This document shows, piece after piece, positions 51,001 to 60,600 of a DNA stretch of 64,000 nt; positions within the stretch are counted from its first letter, which is position 1, and each line of letters begins with the position of its first letter. The stretch is from Podarcis filfolensis (taxonomy: Eukaryota). The position numbers and the translations under genes were made by a program. The stretch is taken from assembly GCA_964270895.1 (NCBI GenBank), contig OZ185436.1; one strand, 5' to 3'. Under the pieces are notes generated by a model. That model was not told where the DNA came from. It did no database searches and was given only the letters and a program-made list of their open reading frames with translations.

Positions 51001-52750
51001 CAAAGAAAGTATGAGCGAAGTCTCTGGCTGCCCAAAGAGGGTGCACTGTGATTGCTGTGTCTGCACTAACTAACCCCTAGCCCCAATGCTCTTCATTGCC
51101 TGGAGGGTGGTACCCAAAATGGCAATTTCAGAGAATTTCCCCTAATCATAGTAAGCCATAATTTGAGCCCAATGCCTACTGCTAAATGTAGCCATGGTCA
51201 TAGCCCATGAAAGAAAGTGCTGCTCCCAAAGCACATTTTCTTGATGGGCTTATTTTAAGTAACCAGATGTGGCCTTCCAGCTGTCACTGGACTCCAACTC
51301 ACATCAGCCTCAGTCAGAGATGATGGGAGATGAAGCCCAACATCTGGAGGGCCATAGTTTAGCCACCCTTGTACTAAAAACAGATGTGAAAAACTTTGCG
51401 CTTAAATAGATTTGTGTGGTCTTAACAATCAGAATCTGATAAGCATACAGGAATCAATCTGTCTGACATTAACCTGGAAGTAACTGCAAGGGTGGCTGAG
51501 TTTTGGTCAACAGTATCTCTTAGAGTGGTGAATGGCACTATTTAGTGGGAAGAAATCCCATTTTTATATAGTTTACATGGCTATTTATTTGTATATATTT
51601 TAAATTTTATATATCAATGTTTTATACTTGTAATGCCTAATAATGGTTTGGTGAAGTATTAAGATTCCAGTTGCTGTAGGACGTCCCATACTCATCCACT
51701 CATCTTTTTCCCTCTTAACAAGTCCTTGCTAACACACATATACTTAGTGATAATTTCTTCTCCTGATTTCCTTCCTGCAGTCCTTGGATGGAGCACCTAC
51801 TGTGTTCCCTGACCACAATCTGCTGCTGGCTCTTCTGTGATCTTTCTGTTCTTCTCACCCAGGCATTCCTAGTTACACCTTACAGGCTCACAGAACCACC
51901 AAGTAGATTCCTGATGTGCCAGGTTGATCTAGCATAACATCACATAAAGCTATATCCAACCAAAAGAAAAGTAGGAAACACTTCTTTGACAGCAACAGCG
52001 AATTACGATGTGCTCCATTGGGTATCTCATACTGTAGACAAAGGAGTCTGCTGTCTTGACAGGCAGTAATCATTGATGTGCAAGATGTTTTATAACATTT
52101 AAAGTTGTAGGGTGGCTTGGGGTGCACGGCGTAGTCAAGTTGTAGATCTGCTCTTGATGAGCCTTTTTTGTTTGCAAACAGAAATGCCTGCAAATGCCAA
52201 AGAGGACCGCCCTTGCCTTCAGAAGGTGCCTCAGATAACAGTGTCTTCGGGGACCTCCGGCACTTCCTCGCTACTGAAGACATCTGCTTCATTTGAGCAA
52301 GGCCCCTCAGGTCAGCTGTCCTTTGAACACTGCCCTAGCAGCAACGACAGTCATCTGGAAATCTTGTTAAATTCCCACAGCCCTCTGGGGCGGTCGAGTG
52401 AAATCACCCTACTGAAAGTGGGTGAAGAACCACACTTTGAAGGGGTGATGGAAGGATTTTCCAACAAAGCTACCGATGAACTGCTCACACCCCACGAGAT
52501 CCTGCCCACTCCCCTGTCGCCCATGGAGACCCAGCTGTCTCCCTCTTCTGGAGAAGGAACTGGTTTGCACATGAGCTTCACAGAGTCTCCTTGGGAAACA
52601 ATGGAATGGCTGGACCTCACTCCGCCTAGCTCAGCCAACGGTTTCGGTTCCCTCACCACCACTGGGCCCAGCATCTTCAACATTGATTTCTTAGATGTTA
52701 GTGATCTCAACTTGAACAGTACCATGGACCTGCATTTACAACAGTGGTGA
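16099..52750 (+). CDS. MYOCD: Myocardin, complete spliced CDS (13 exons, 2820 nt, 939 aa)
   Basis: Exon lengths 55+66+56+76+162+176+126+257+154+951+114+58+569 give one open frame from MTLLGSEHS to MDLHLQQW*. All introns are GT-AG. N- and C-termini and domain order match myocardin rather than MRTF-A/B, and MAP2K4 is the neighbour. Confidence 0.98.
19444..19785 (-). mobile_element. Sauria SINE (intron 1), extreme 5' end missing
   Basis: Reverse-complement copy of the 29088 element family; starts with an aaaggtaaagg tail. Confidence 0.9.
20847..21101 (+). mobile_element. Same Tigger-like MITE with an extra subterminal repeat unit (intron 1)
   Basis: TIRs, TA flanks, three tandem GTATGTAACC units. 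Confidence 0.88.
23933..24254 (-). mobile_element. Same hAT MITE family, inverted, with an internal duplication of about 60 bp (intron 1)
   Basis: Reverse-complement similarity to 49393-49641; 8-bp TSD CTTTACAA at 23925-23932 and 24255-24262. Confidence 0.85.
25174..25301. other. Assembly gap (128 N) in MYOCD intron 1
   Basis: Run of N; true length unknown. Confidence 0.99.
27053..27093. repeat. (GT)20, about 275 bp upstream of exon 2
   Basis: Read directly. Confidence 0.97.
27367..27432 (+). CDS. MYOCD: MYOCD exon 2 (66 nt, RPEL1: VLQLRLQQRRSREQLANQGIMP)
   Basis: Acceptor tctctcccag, donor CAC|GTGAGT; phase 1-1. Confidence 0.97.
27925..28130. mobile_element. MIR-like core SINE remnant (intron 2)
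   Basis: attttttgcagatggggaaactgagactgagagag...cttgcccaaggccacccagtgagt. Confidence 0.6.
29088..29448 (+). mobile_element. Sauria SINE, full length, young (MYOCD intron 2)
   Basis: tRNA-related head GGGACGCGGGTGGCGCTGTGG with B box GGTTCGAATCC; (ACCTTT)n tail; perfect 13-bp TSD TACATCCCGTTTG at 29075-29087 and 29449-29461; CpGs retained. Confidence 0.93.
33724..33779 (+). CDS. MYOCD: MYOCD exon 3 (56 nt, PLKNPSPFHEQKKSLERAK)
   Basis: Acceptor ttctgattgcag, donor AAG|GTAACC; frame continuous with exons 2 and 4. Confidence 0.95.
35784..35980 (-). mobile_element. CR1 3' end fragment (intron 3)
   Basis: ggaagggaccgtgagggtcatctagtccaacccc tail motif followed by a degenerate CR1-like block. Confidence 0.55.
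36099..36174 (+). CDS. MYOCD: MYOCD exon 4 (76 nt, RPEL2: TEDYLKHKTRNRPERSELVDMHILQ; contains Met80)
   Basis: Acceptor ttatgttctgtag, donor CAGG|GTAAGA; ATG at 36159-36161 corresponds to the internal start of the smooth-muscle isoform. Confidence 0.95.
36649..36759. mobile_element. Old short DNA-transposon-derived repeat (aactacaactccca / tgggaattgtagtcc family)
   Basis: Related degenerate copies at about 6620-6736, 8480-8610, 41545-41643, 42900-43010 and 51250-51370. Confidence 0.45.
37571..37912 (-). mobile_element. Sauria SINE (intron 4), 5'-truncated
   Basis: taaaggtaaaggtaaag tail and shared core ggtacctatttatctacttgcac. Confidence 0.9.
38123..38284 (+). CDS. MYOCD: MYOCD exon 5 (162 nt, RPEL3: QMKLKRARLADNLNEKIALRPGPLELVEKNII)
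   Basis: Acceptor ggctttacag, donor AAG|GTAATA; lies inside ORF 37990-38385. Confidence 0.97.
40381..40556 (+). CDS. MYOCD: MYOCD exon 6 (176 nt)
   Basis: Acceptor tttttcttccttcctgccgcag, donor CAG|GTAAAA; encodes FSKSSDAFAFDEDSSNDGLSPEQ. Confidence 0.96.
41914..42039 (+). CDS. MYOCD: MYOCD exon 7 (126 nt, divergent linker DHSRGSENN...TSAK)
   Basis: Acceptor ttttaattccag, donor AAG|GTATGA; phase 0-0, open frame, expected size. Confidence 0.9.
43692..43804 (-). mobile_element. tRNA-Ile-derived SINE with CR1-type tail, internally deleted (POM-like)
   Basis: Minus strand TAGCTCAGCTGGTTAGAGCATGGTGCTGATAATGCCAAGGTCGC joined to GGGGGTTGGACTAGATGATCCTCAGGGTCCCTTCCAACTCTGATTCTATGA. Confidence 0.65.
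44112..44370. mobile_element. Tc2/pogo-type MITE with an internal 35-bp hairpin (intron 7)
   Basis: TIR CCATATTTTTTGCTCTATAAGAC / GTCTTATAGAGCGAAAAATACGG with TA flanks. Confidence 0.8.
44738..44994 (+). CDS. MYOCD: MYOCD exon 8 (257 nt; basic SRF-binding and Q-rich domains)
   Basis: SKPSSDSKNRHKKPKEMKPKVKKLKYHQYIPPDQKAEKSPPPMDSAYARLLQQQQLFLQLQIL; acceptor cgtttag, donor GAA|GTGAGT. Confidence 0.98.
45220..46270 (+). mobile_element. 5'-truncated LINE: ORF2 C-terminal region with Cys/His motif and 3'UTR (intron 8); clade uncertain
   Basis: ORFs 45239-45811 (IFQAKVSSQLLFGTPIW...YAELG) and 45853-46122 (RHCRC...DTVEHILFYCPLY) are broken by a frameshift and stop; ends TAATGCCTAATAAAGGTTTGG. Confidence 0.75.
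46350..46503 (+). CDS. MYOCD: MYOCD exon 9 (154 nt; ends at the start of SAP, LPSNLDDLK)
   Basis: Acceptor ttttattttttatag, donor AAA|GTGAGT; phase 2-0. Confidence 0.96.
47300..47430. mobile_element. Short hAT-like MITE (intron 9)
   Basis: Ends CAGTGCTATTTTTC...GAAAAATAAGCCCTG; degenerate 8-bp TSD ggtgtagg/ggtgcaga. Confidence 0.6.
47455..47656 (+). mobile_element. L1-like 3' end with AATAAA and A-tail (intron 9)
   Basis: GGGAGG...GGGGAAGTC followed by a T-rich tract, then aaaatcaataaaaatttataaaaaaaaa. Confidence 0.5.
47950..48900 (+). CDS. MYOCD: MYOCD exon 10 (951 nt; SAP domain, leucine zipper)
   Basis: [30 protein letters not shown] ... KDKMLVEKQKVINELTWKLQQEQRQVEELRMQL; acceptor ttcattccag, donor CCA|GTAAGA. 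Confidence 0.98.
49393..49641 (+). mobile_element. hAT-type MITE (intron 10)
   Basis: Ends CATGGGTAGGCAAAC...GCTCACCCCTG; 8-bp TSD CCCTAAGC at 49385-49392 and 49642-49649. Confidence 0.85.
49953..50066 (+). CDS. MYOCD: MYOCD exon 11 (114 nt; QPPPYADAVKQ)
   Basis: Acceptor ttccatacag, donor CAG|GTAACA; homologous to human QPPSYEDAVKQ. Confidence 0.92.
50905..50962 (+). CDS. MYOCD: MYOCD exon 12 (58 nt; QMTRSQQMDELLDVLIETG)
   Basis: Acceptor ttcttgctgcag, donor GAG|GTAGGT; near-identical to the mammalian peptide. Confidence 0.97.
51455..51660 (+). mobile_element. 3' end of the same LINE family (intron 12)
   Basis: Clear similarity to 46065-46270 (tctgtctgacattaac...ggcactatttag...gaagaaatccca...cttgtaatgcctaata). 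Confidence 0.8.
52182..52750 (+). CDS. MYOCD: MYOCD exon 13 coding part (transactivation domain)
   Basis: Acceptor tttgcaaacag; ends SPWETMEWLDLTPP...FNIDFLDVSDLNLNSTMDLHLQQW-TGA. Confidence 0.98.
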
Positions 52751-53469
52751 ACAGAATAAGCCTTATGTGTGGGGATGCAGTTAAACACAAACAGATTTCC
52801 ATTAAAGAGACTCAGATACTTTATCAGAGAGCTCTGGTGACAGCCAGGGAGAAGAAACTGGAGTCAGTTTTCCCAGGACATTCCCCTCCCCTATTATAAA
52901 TGAAATTGCCAGATAATCTCCCACACACCACAAAGCAAATCTCTGGCGCAGGAGTCTCCTCCTCAGCAAGCACAGCTAACTTTAGTAGCTTCCAAGAAAG
53001 ACTCACTCTGCAGCAGAATTCTGTTTGGTATGCACATCCATTTCATCCCTAACATATCTATCATCCGGATCAGGTTCTGTTATATTGTCTCTTATTACCT
53101 ACTGTGGAAAAAAATCTGGTTCACTTACAGCTTCCAACACACTGCATGGCAGCCACTGCCTTTCCTCCTGATTATATACATGAAGACTTTTTTTAAAAGT
53201 CAGCTCACGAAGAAGCCATTGTCATACCAGTAACCTCCAAGCCATCCTTTCACTAAACACTTCTCTCTCTCTGCCCTGTCTTACCAATTTTAAAGTCACT
53301 TGAAATAGAAGTAAAGCAATCTGACTTGTTTATGTGGTGGGCACTCAGCTTGGAAAGAACGCAGAGTAATATAAAAAGCAAGTACATAAATGAAGGATTT
53401 TTAATTGACTAGAAGTTTGGGGTGACTTCTATCAATTTTCTGTTTCAGGGTACATTCCTCCCTTCATAA

Positions 53470-53800
53470 GTACTTTGCTCATTTATTAATTAAATTAAAA
53501 ATATAAACATATCTATAATTTGATATAGATAAAACTATTAAAACCAACCATATTCTTATATATGATATAAATATCTGTGAGTGTATCAGATCGTCGTGAA
53601 TAAATTTACAACAAGCAATAAAGTAATCGTAACTTATAAAAATGGAAAGGATTACCAATTTAAATTCTGTTTCAAATTCTAAAAACATTTTGAAGGACTC
53701 GCATTCCTCCTCAAATCTCTTTGCATATACCAAATAATTTATTCAGTTTAATAAACAGGCAGTCTTGAATAAACTGATAATATTGAATAAAATGTTGCCC
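53470..53800 (-). mobile_element. Probable L1 ORF2 C-terminus and 3' tail in the MYOCD 3'UTR
   Basis: Minus frame KTACLLN*...KRFEEECESFKMFL resembles squamate L1 C-termini; abrupt AT-rich block. Confidence 0.4.
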
Positions 53801-54472
53801 AGAGCCGATCTGAAAAAGTGACAGTTTAATCAGCATAACAAGTGAAGGTTGCAAATCTACGACTAAGTCTACGACGGTGGAAGAAACTGGGCAACTTACC
53901 CCTTGTAGCCTGAACCTATGGCCTTTGTCTGTCTTTAAATTAAGATATTGCACAGGGCAGACCCCAAAAAGGAGGCTGCCAGGTTTTCATCTAGGGCAAG
54001 GTCAGGCTAGCTGGTACAAGGCAGGACCATAGCAGGCCCAGCTACACAGCAACCATTTCCCAGCCCATGGGCTTCATAGCAAGCACCAGATACTCATTAT
54101 GTTCCTAACCATCGCTTTCTTGAGGGCAGACAAGAATATTGCAATGTATCACTCAAATATGTCGCCTCATTAAAAGAAGATGCAAATGCTGCCAGCCTGG
54201 TAGGGTTCCTTTGTTCACATGTGGGTAGGCTTCACCCAGGTGATGACTCCACAGCTACATATAAAAAACAAAGTCTGGGTTATGAGCAAAGCACTATGTT
54301 GTGAGATATCTACCCTTTATTCGTTTTAACCATAGTTCTCTCTTTATACCACAAAGTGAGGGCCCAGCCCTCAGCCACAATTCCAAACTATACTCAGATC
54401 CACTTGAGCAACAGATCCTCACTACACTGCTGAATGTCCACAGTAACAACTGAATGTTATAATTTACCTATA

Positions 54473-54702
54473 CAGTGGTACCTCTAGATACGAACAGGAT
54501 CCGTTCCGCAGCCCCGTTTGCATCTAGAAGCAAACGTAACTAGTGACGGCACGTCTGCGCATGCACGTCGCTTTTTGCCGCTTCTGCGCATGATGTCATT
54601 TTGAGTGTCTGCGCAAGTGGCAAAACCTGGAAGTAACGCACTCCGTTACTTCCGGGTTGCCGCGGAGTGCAACTCGAATGCGCTCAACCCGAGGTATGAC
54701 TG
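54473..54702. mobile_element. Related Tigger-like MITE with a different CpG-rich interior, inside the MYOCD 3'UTR
   Basis: Ends CAGTGGTACCTC...GAGGTATGACTG with TA flanks. Confidence 0.8.
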
Positions 54703-57230
54703 TAAATTATTATTAGTAATTTCCTTAATGCCCAGTGAGCTTACTGTTTGTTTTCTTGCACATACCTTCTTATCTTTCATTCTAGCAAGTTCAAAACCCT
54801 TTACATTCCCCTCAGTTTTACTTTTGCCAGTAGACCAAATGCTGAGTGGTTGGGCCTAGGAAGCAGATAGTTGACTGGGGGCTAAATCTTGAGTCTAGTT
54901 ATGTGACAAAAGAAATGTAGAAGCAAAAGTCTAAACGGCACTTAAAATGTATCCTACTTGGCTCAAAGCTAGGTGGTAGTTTAAAACAAATTACACTACT
55001 GTATCTACAGTGATGGAAAGCGTATTTTAACTAAACCGGTCCCTATATGTCAGGATTTATTATTATTTTTAAAAAACAAAATAACTTCTGCTTCCTGTTG
55101 CAACCAAATCTGAAAATGGCAGCTGTTGTCAAAGGTGCATCATGCTTCAAAATACTAGTTAAGCAGGTGAATAAGCCTTTAAAATAATAGTCTGCTATGA
55201 TGTTTATGGCCCTTGAGTGAAACTTTGCTTGAACTATACCGGTGCTGTAAATTAATACAGCTTAAGCAGGTGGTGAGACATATGTTGAAAGGGGAGGGCA
55301 GGTACTTATATAGGTACTTCCAAATTGGCAACTCTTAGTTGTGCACAATCATTACTCTCCAGAAAGTCTTCTCCACACAGAAAAACTTTCCACACTCAGA
55401 GTTGAGGATATAGTACTTGTTTTATGTGTAATCCACACCACTAGACATGACATAGGCATGAAAGTGGGAAAGGGACCATTCTGAACGAGCCAAATTAATT
55501 CTTTAATTTACAACAAACCACTTTTTAAAGTTCTATTATATGGTTTACTTTTATGGCTTCTTAAAAAAGACAGCACTTTTTAAATTAAGATAATGGTAAG
55601 AAAACAACAATTTTTAAAGCAATTTCAATTCTTAAAATTTGAGTTAAATTGTTTTTCATGTAAGTACAATTGTGTGATTATTTCAATTCTAATAGGCAAA
55701 AATGTTCTAGCACAAATAAAAAGATGCTTTGAAGTCATACTTACAAAATTGTGTAAATGGAAAAACTAATAAGGATGGTGTGCTGAAGTAGATGACTACC
55801 AACAGGTTCACCTGCCCAGTATGTCAGAGTGTACATAAAATCCACACAAAAAGGACAGAATAGTACTATAGTGATCTACAGCTATGGGGATCGTACTGTT
55901 GTTCTCTTTTAAAAATGGTATGAAGAGACAGAAGGAAAAACAGGATAATAATTTGATGACATCATGCTGATGTCCGACAGAAAGCGTGAAGCATTCAGCC
56001 ATAAACACCTAGCATGGAAGCATGCAGCATCACAAAGCACATTCTACTACAGCAGAATGGCACCTCAGAACAGAAAGACAATAGCACTCAACTGAACCAA
56101 ACAGATACCTTGCAATGCACACAATACCAGTGTGAAGAATCTCCTTACAAAATAAACCTCTACTGTCTCCTTCACATGGTGCTGCACCTCTTTCAAGACA
56201 TCCTTTCCTTCAACACACCTATCTGTGATCTACGCTACACAAGCAGCAATCTCACTGATGTCATATTCAACCTTTTAATTGCCTAAGGCTTGTGAAAAGA
56301 AGCTCCCATTTACAGTATTGTGACACAGAACTAACTGCACAGGATGCTCAAGTCCACAATATCTTCGTGCCTTAGCCATTGCTTTTTTCTGGATTTCCTG
56401 CCCAGCCTCACCTGTAGTGCAGGGAGCAGAGTGAAAATCCCATGCAAGGTCTTCCAGAGAACGGCTATGAATCCACATCCAAAGAGGAGGAGCTTGTTCT
56501 TCTTGGCTAGCCGGGTACTTTGCAGTATTGGCCAATTCATCAGTGTTTTTATTTCTTCTGTAAACCTCTGTGCACTGCAATTCAGAAAGGTCGCACAGTA
56601 TGGAAGGGCATGTGTAAGAAACAGTTTGTGGCTGCTTTGGACGGATCTGGCCATTTCCTGAAACTGTGTAAAAGTATTGCAAACCAAAGCTAACTACAAA
56701 ACTATTTACCAAATGAGTGTATTTAATATTGTGTTACTGGAAGGAGTTGTTGGAAATCAAGACAGTACAAAAAGGACCACGTGCCCTCGTGTGTCTTCTT
56801 GGCTGAAGAACAGCCTGGACCGGGAGAGCTGTCTCTGCAGACCTCAATATGTGTAGAACTCCAGCCTCACTAGGGTGACTAAACTTCTGAGGTCAAGTAG
56901 GGGAAGAACGAACAACTGGTTTTAATATTGCTGCATGTTGTATAAAAAAATGTTAAGTTTTTTTTATAAAGTCACTATTTAAAGCATGAATTTTCTATTG
57001 TACAAATGTTCACACAGTGCACTGGTAGGATAGAACAATCCTTCACATGCTTGTTTTCTTTTACTTAATTTTAATATGCAAAAAGTTAGAAGTCATTCCA
57101 TTGAGGCTTTTTAATAGCACTTGAATACAGACTAGTTTTAGGTGCTACACTGCCATGCGGTACAGGGCTTTTTATCCTTATTTAAAGGGATGCTGTCAAC
57201 TATATATATATATTAAAAAACCACACTGTA

Positions 57231-57236
57231 AATAAA
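57231..57236 (+). terminator. Likely MYOCD poly(A) signal AATAAA
   Basis: Upstream ATTAAA and TGTA; downstream GU/U-rich tract (tgcttgttttgcagttattttgt). An alternative AATAAA lies at 57571-57576. Confidence 0.55.
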
Positions 57237-57664
57237 CACAATGCCTTACCTCTGTGATCAGCACTGCCGTACTTAATTAAAAGACTCCCTGTGATGTCAC
57301 ACTGAGTGCTTGTTTTGCAGTTATTTTGTCATGTGCAAGCTTTAACAATAGTAGATATTCCAAGATTTCTTCAGTGCTCTATCCATAAAGCCTGGCCAGC
57401 CTGGACTAGTTTATCCCTCATTTCACCTTTGCAAGCCACTATGTGCAGAAAGTTAGACAGAAAGTCAGTAATTTGTTCAGTGAACTTCAAAGACAGGTCA
57501 AATCACAGCTTCTTGTCATTTAACTGCTAAAGGAGAAGTAAAAAATGCAATCTCCCCCTCTGGTCTACAAAATAAAACCTTAAAAAAAATGCCTCCCCCC
57601 ACCCACCCCAAATGATAGAAATGGAAGAGGCTGGTAATGGTCTGGAGAACGTATGAGAATTTAG

Positions 57665-60600
57665 TTCAAAATGATTTCAATGAATTTATTGAAACCAGTA
57701 ACATAAAAATACAAAACAGATGGAACAAGAAACGAAAGTCCCAAATGGCAGCTACCTTGTTGGACAGGGCTACTGATGAGAAAGATCTTTTGTGTTAAAT
57801 TACAAATATAACATAAATCAGCAACGTGATGCTGTTGCCCAAAAGGCAAATTCAAATCTAGGATGCACAAGTGTTATACGCCATGCATGACCCAAGTAAC
57901 TGGGTCATTCATGTGGTAATGTCAGGCCTCAAATACAGTAGTAGCTAAAGATGAAAAATATTATCCAATGATTTCTCCCTTACGCTGATAGAAAGCACTT
58001 TGATCCAGCAAAGGCTTCCAGTGGCAGAATGGGGTGAGAGGCAATTTTTGGCAATTCCTCCTTCCAACCTGAAGTCCCCCAAAACATACTCCATAGGGTT
58101 GGGGGAACCCTTCAGAACAGTGCGTGAGATGGCGTTGGAGACTGGGGGGAATAACAAAAAGCACACCCCTCCCCATTCTACTGATGGAAGCTCTGCTAGA
58201 TTAAAAAGCTTGCAGTCAGCATGGGGGTACCACTGTGTAAAATGCATAGACAGCAAACAAAGTAATTGGTTCAGGGGAGTAAAAAAATTGTTTAAAGGTC
58301 AAACAATGGCCAGGATCAGCTGAGCCTCTTGTATTTCAGGGGCACCCCTTCAAAGTCCCACCATCCCTTTTGGTCCTTCTTGCAAACATCAATAAATAGG
58401 AAAACTTGGCCAAAGAAAGATGGCATTTTTAAATTTCATTTTTCATTTATTGATTTCCCCATCATCATGTCTGACCTTATAGCAAGATCATATTCAGATC
58501 CTTGATATATTACAACTGACCTGCAGGCGGGGGTGGGGGGGACCTATTACATTAACACTTTGATTCCATGTAGAGTATTTTAAATAGAAGAGGAAGTCAA
58601 ACCAGGAGAGGATAAAATAGTTGGAAGCTCTTAGAAGCTATCATGTTGTCAAACTCCATTTTACTTACAGACAATAAGGCAATATCCCCTGCACATCAGC
58701 TTCTCAATAAACTTTACATTTTTTTCTATGGTACAAGAAAAAAATTAAACCAGAGCTCACAATGTACAGTTCTTACACTATTTTCACAGCTTCTGAACAC
58801 TATACATCTTTATAAACATATACTGTAATATAAATGCTGCACCCTTAATATATCAATCTATGATTAATATGCTAGAACAGTCAGTTCCTCTCAGACATCC
58901 ACTGAGCCTGAATAGGAGCTACCTCCATTTGCGGTTGACCAAATGGAAATGCGCTGCTAACATACGTGAGAATAGAATGCAAGATGAAAGGGGCTCTAAT
59001 TACTATTCAATTTCCGGCAGGCACAAAGAGGAAAAGCCAGGAGATAGGCATATAGAGGTTGGGAACATCTGGATGAGGTCGAAAATCTTCCACCTGAGTG
59101 GATTACAATGAATAATTACTACATTAGAACAGTCCCAACCAGGGACTTTGCCTACCATTGGGCAAGTGAAACAGCCGCTCAGGTGGTGGGTGCTTACCTG
59201 GCAGTTTGGTCAGCTTCTGCACTTGTCATTTACCTCAGGCAGCAAAATGTCTTGGAATGGCCCTGGTCCCAACTGGTTCCCATTTCAATACATTATCTCT
59301 TATGGTGTTGACCAAGTTTTTGCCCCCAAATCCTATTAATCAGCTGGTATACTAGAGAAAATTAAGTTAACTGGTTATAGTAACAGGGTCTTGTTATCGC
59401 TGACCCACTCAATGGTAAAGCTTAATTCCCTTACAATTCTAGTATTACATGTTAAATAGTGACTGTTACTGAGATTACAAATAACTTTGGATTTTAAAAA
59501 ACACCACTTCCTCCCCCTTGTGACTTAGAAGACAAGATCACACTGGATGCAGTTGAGATGACAATATAATTGTTTAAAGGGCTCCCCCACCCCACCCTCC
59601 GTCTGGCAATATAACCTCTGGGTTTCCTTTTTTCTGTCACATGCTTTTAAGAACTTAACATTCCAGTTCTCTTAGTTACCGTTGTGTTAGGAAATTCTTC
59701 TAATAAACAAATTCATCCACAAAATGAAAGCAAACATATTTAGCATCCTCTTTGTAATGATTTTGGAAGCCCAACTATCCAACTGATGGGGATGTGGGGA
59801 GCTTATTTGATCTGACGGTTAATATCAGAAATCCAAGTCATACCTGGAGCTCTGTGGGAAGTTTCTATGCAACTGGAAAACATGAGAATTTTGATGGAGA
59901 TAAATTACAAATAATTATTAACAATGTAAAATAGCTCTTCACAACTGCGAACTGTCCCGTACCCTTTCAATGGTGAAAGTTTAGCCATGAGTTGGAAATC
60001 AGGGGTCACAAGCCAGTTAAATTCAACTGAGTAGTTTAATAATTCCTCAGGTAAAAGTCTTATCTCACCAGGTAACAATTTACAGGACACCTAGTTCTAC
60101 TGAAGAAGTGGCTTGCTTGGAAAATGAAACAATACATTATTCTCCATGAGTTCAAACTCATACTCTCATGAGTTTAATTGTTAGCTCCTTTCAATGCAAT
60201 GCAATGCATTTTTATTTTTATTTTTTGGTAAAGACATAGTCCATTTTACATGATCACTTCTTTCTCCCTCCGAAATATGAAGTTCTGCTGAGCCACAATT
60301 GTCTTCAAAACATATACTGTGACTGAAAAGCAACAGAATTTCAAATCAATTAATCTATTGCACTTTGTGAAGAAATATATATATATATATATTTATATAT
60401 TATCCCCTCTTTGCCTTTGTTGACTTCAGAAGGTAAAAGTAGCTCATTTGGCTGCATAAAAGTTTCTTTCTCCCCAAGCAGTTTATGTTCAGAATCAGAT
60501 AGGCCAATGCCTAACTTCCTTTCTTTTATATTATCTGTAACAATTGGAAGAGTCTGAGAGAATAAAATCATTCCAGTAGCTGCTGAGAAGTCTCTGAGTC

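Larger units (their letters stand above)
52751..57255 (+). other. MYOCD: Probable MYOCD 3'UTR (about 4.5 kb; end inferred)
   Basis: Follows the stop; AU-rich UTR-like distal part with TGTA motifs leads to AATAAA at 57231. Shorter isoforms are possible. Confidence 0.6.

Noticed and set aside
55808-59339. ORFs in the two 3'UTRs as a hidden gene between MYOCD and MAP2K4
   Set aside because: No homology, codon pattern or splice structure
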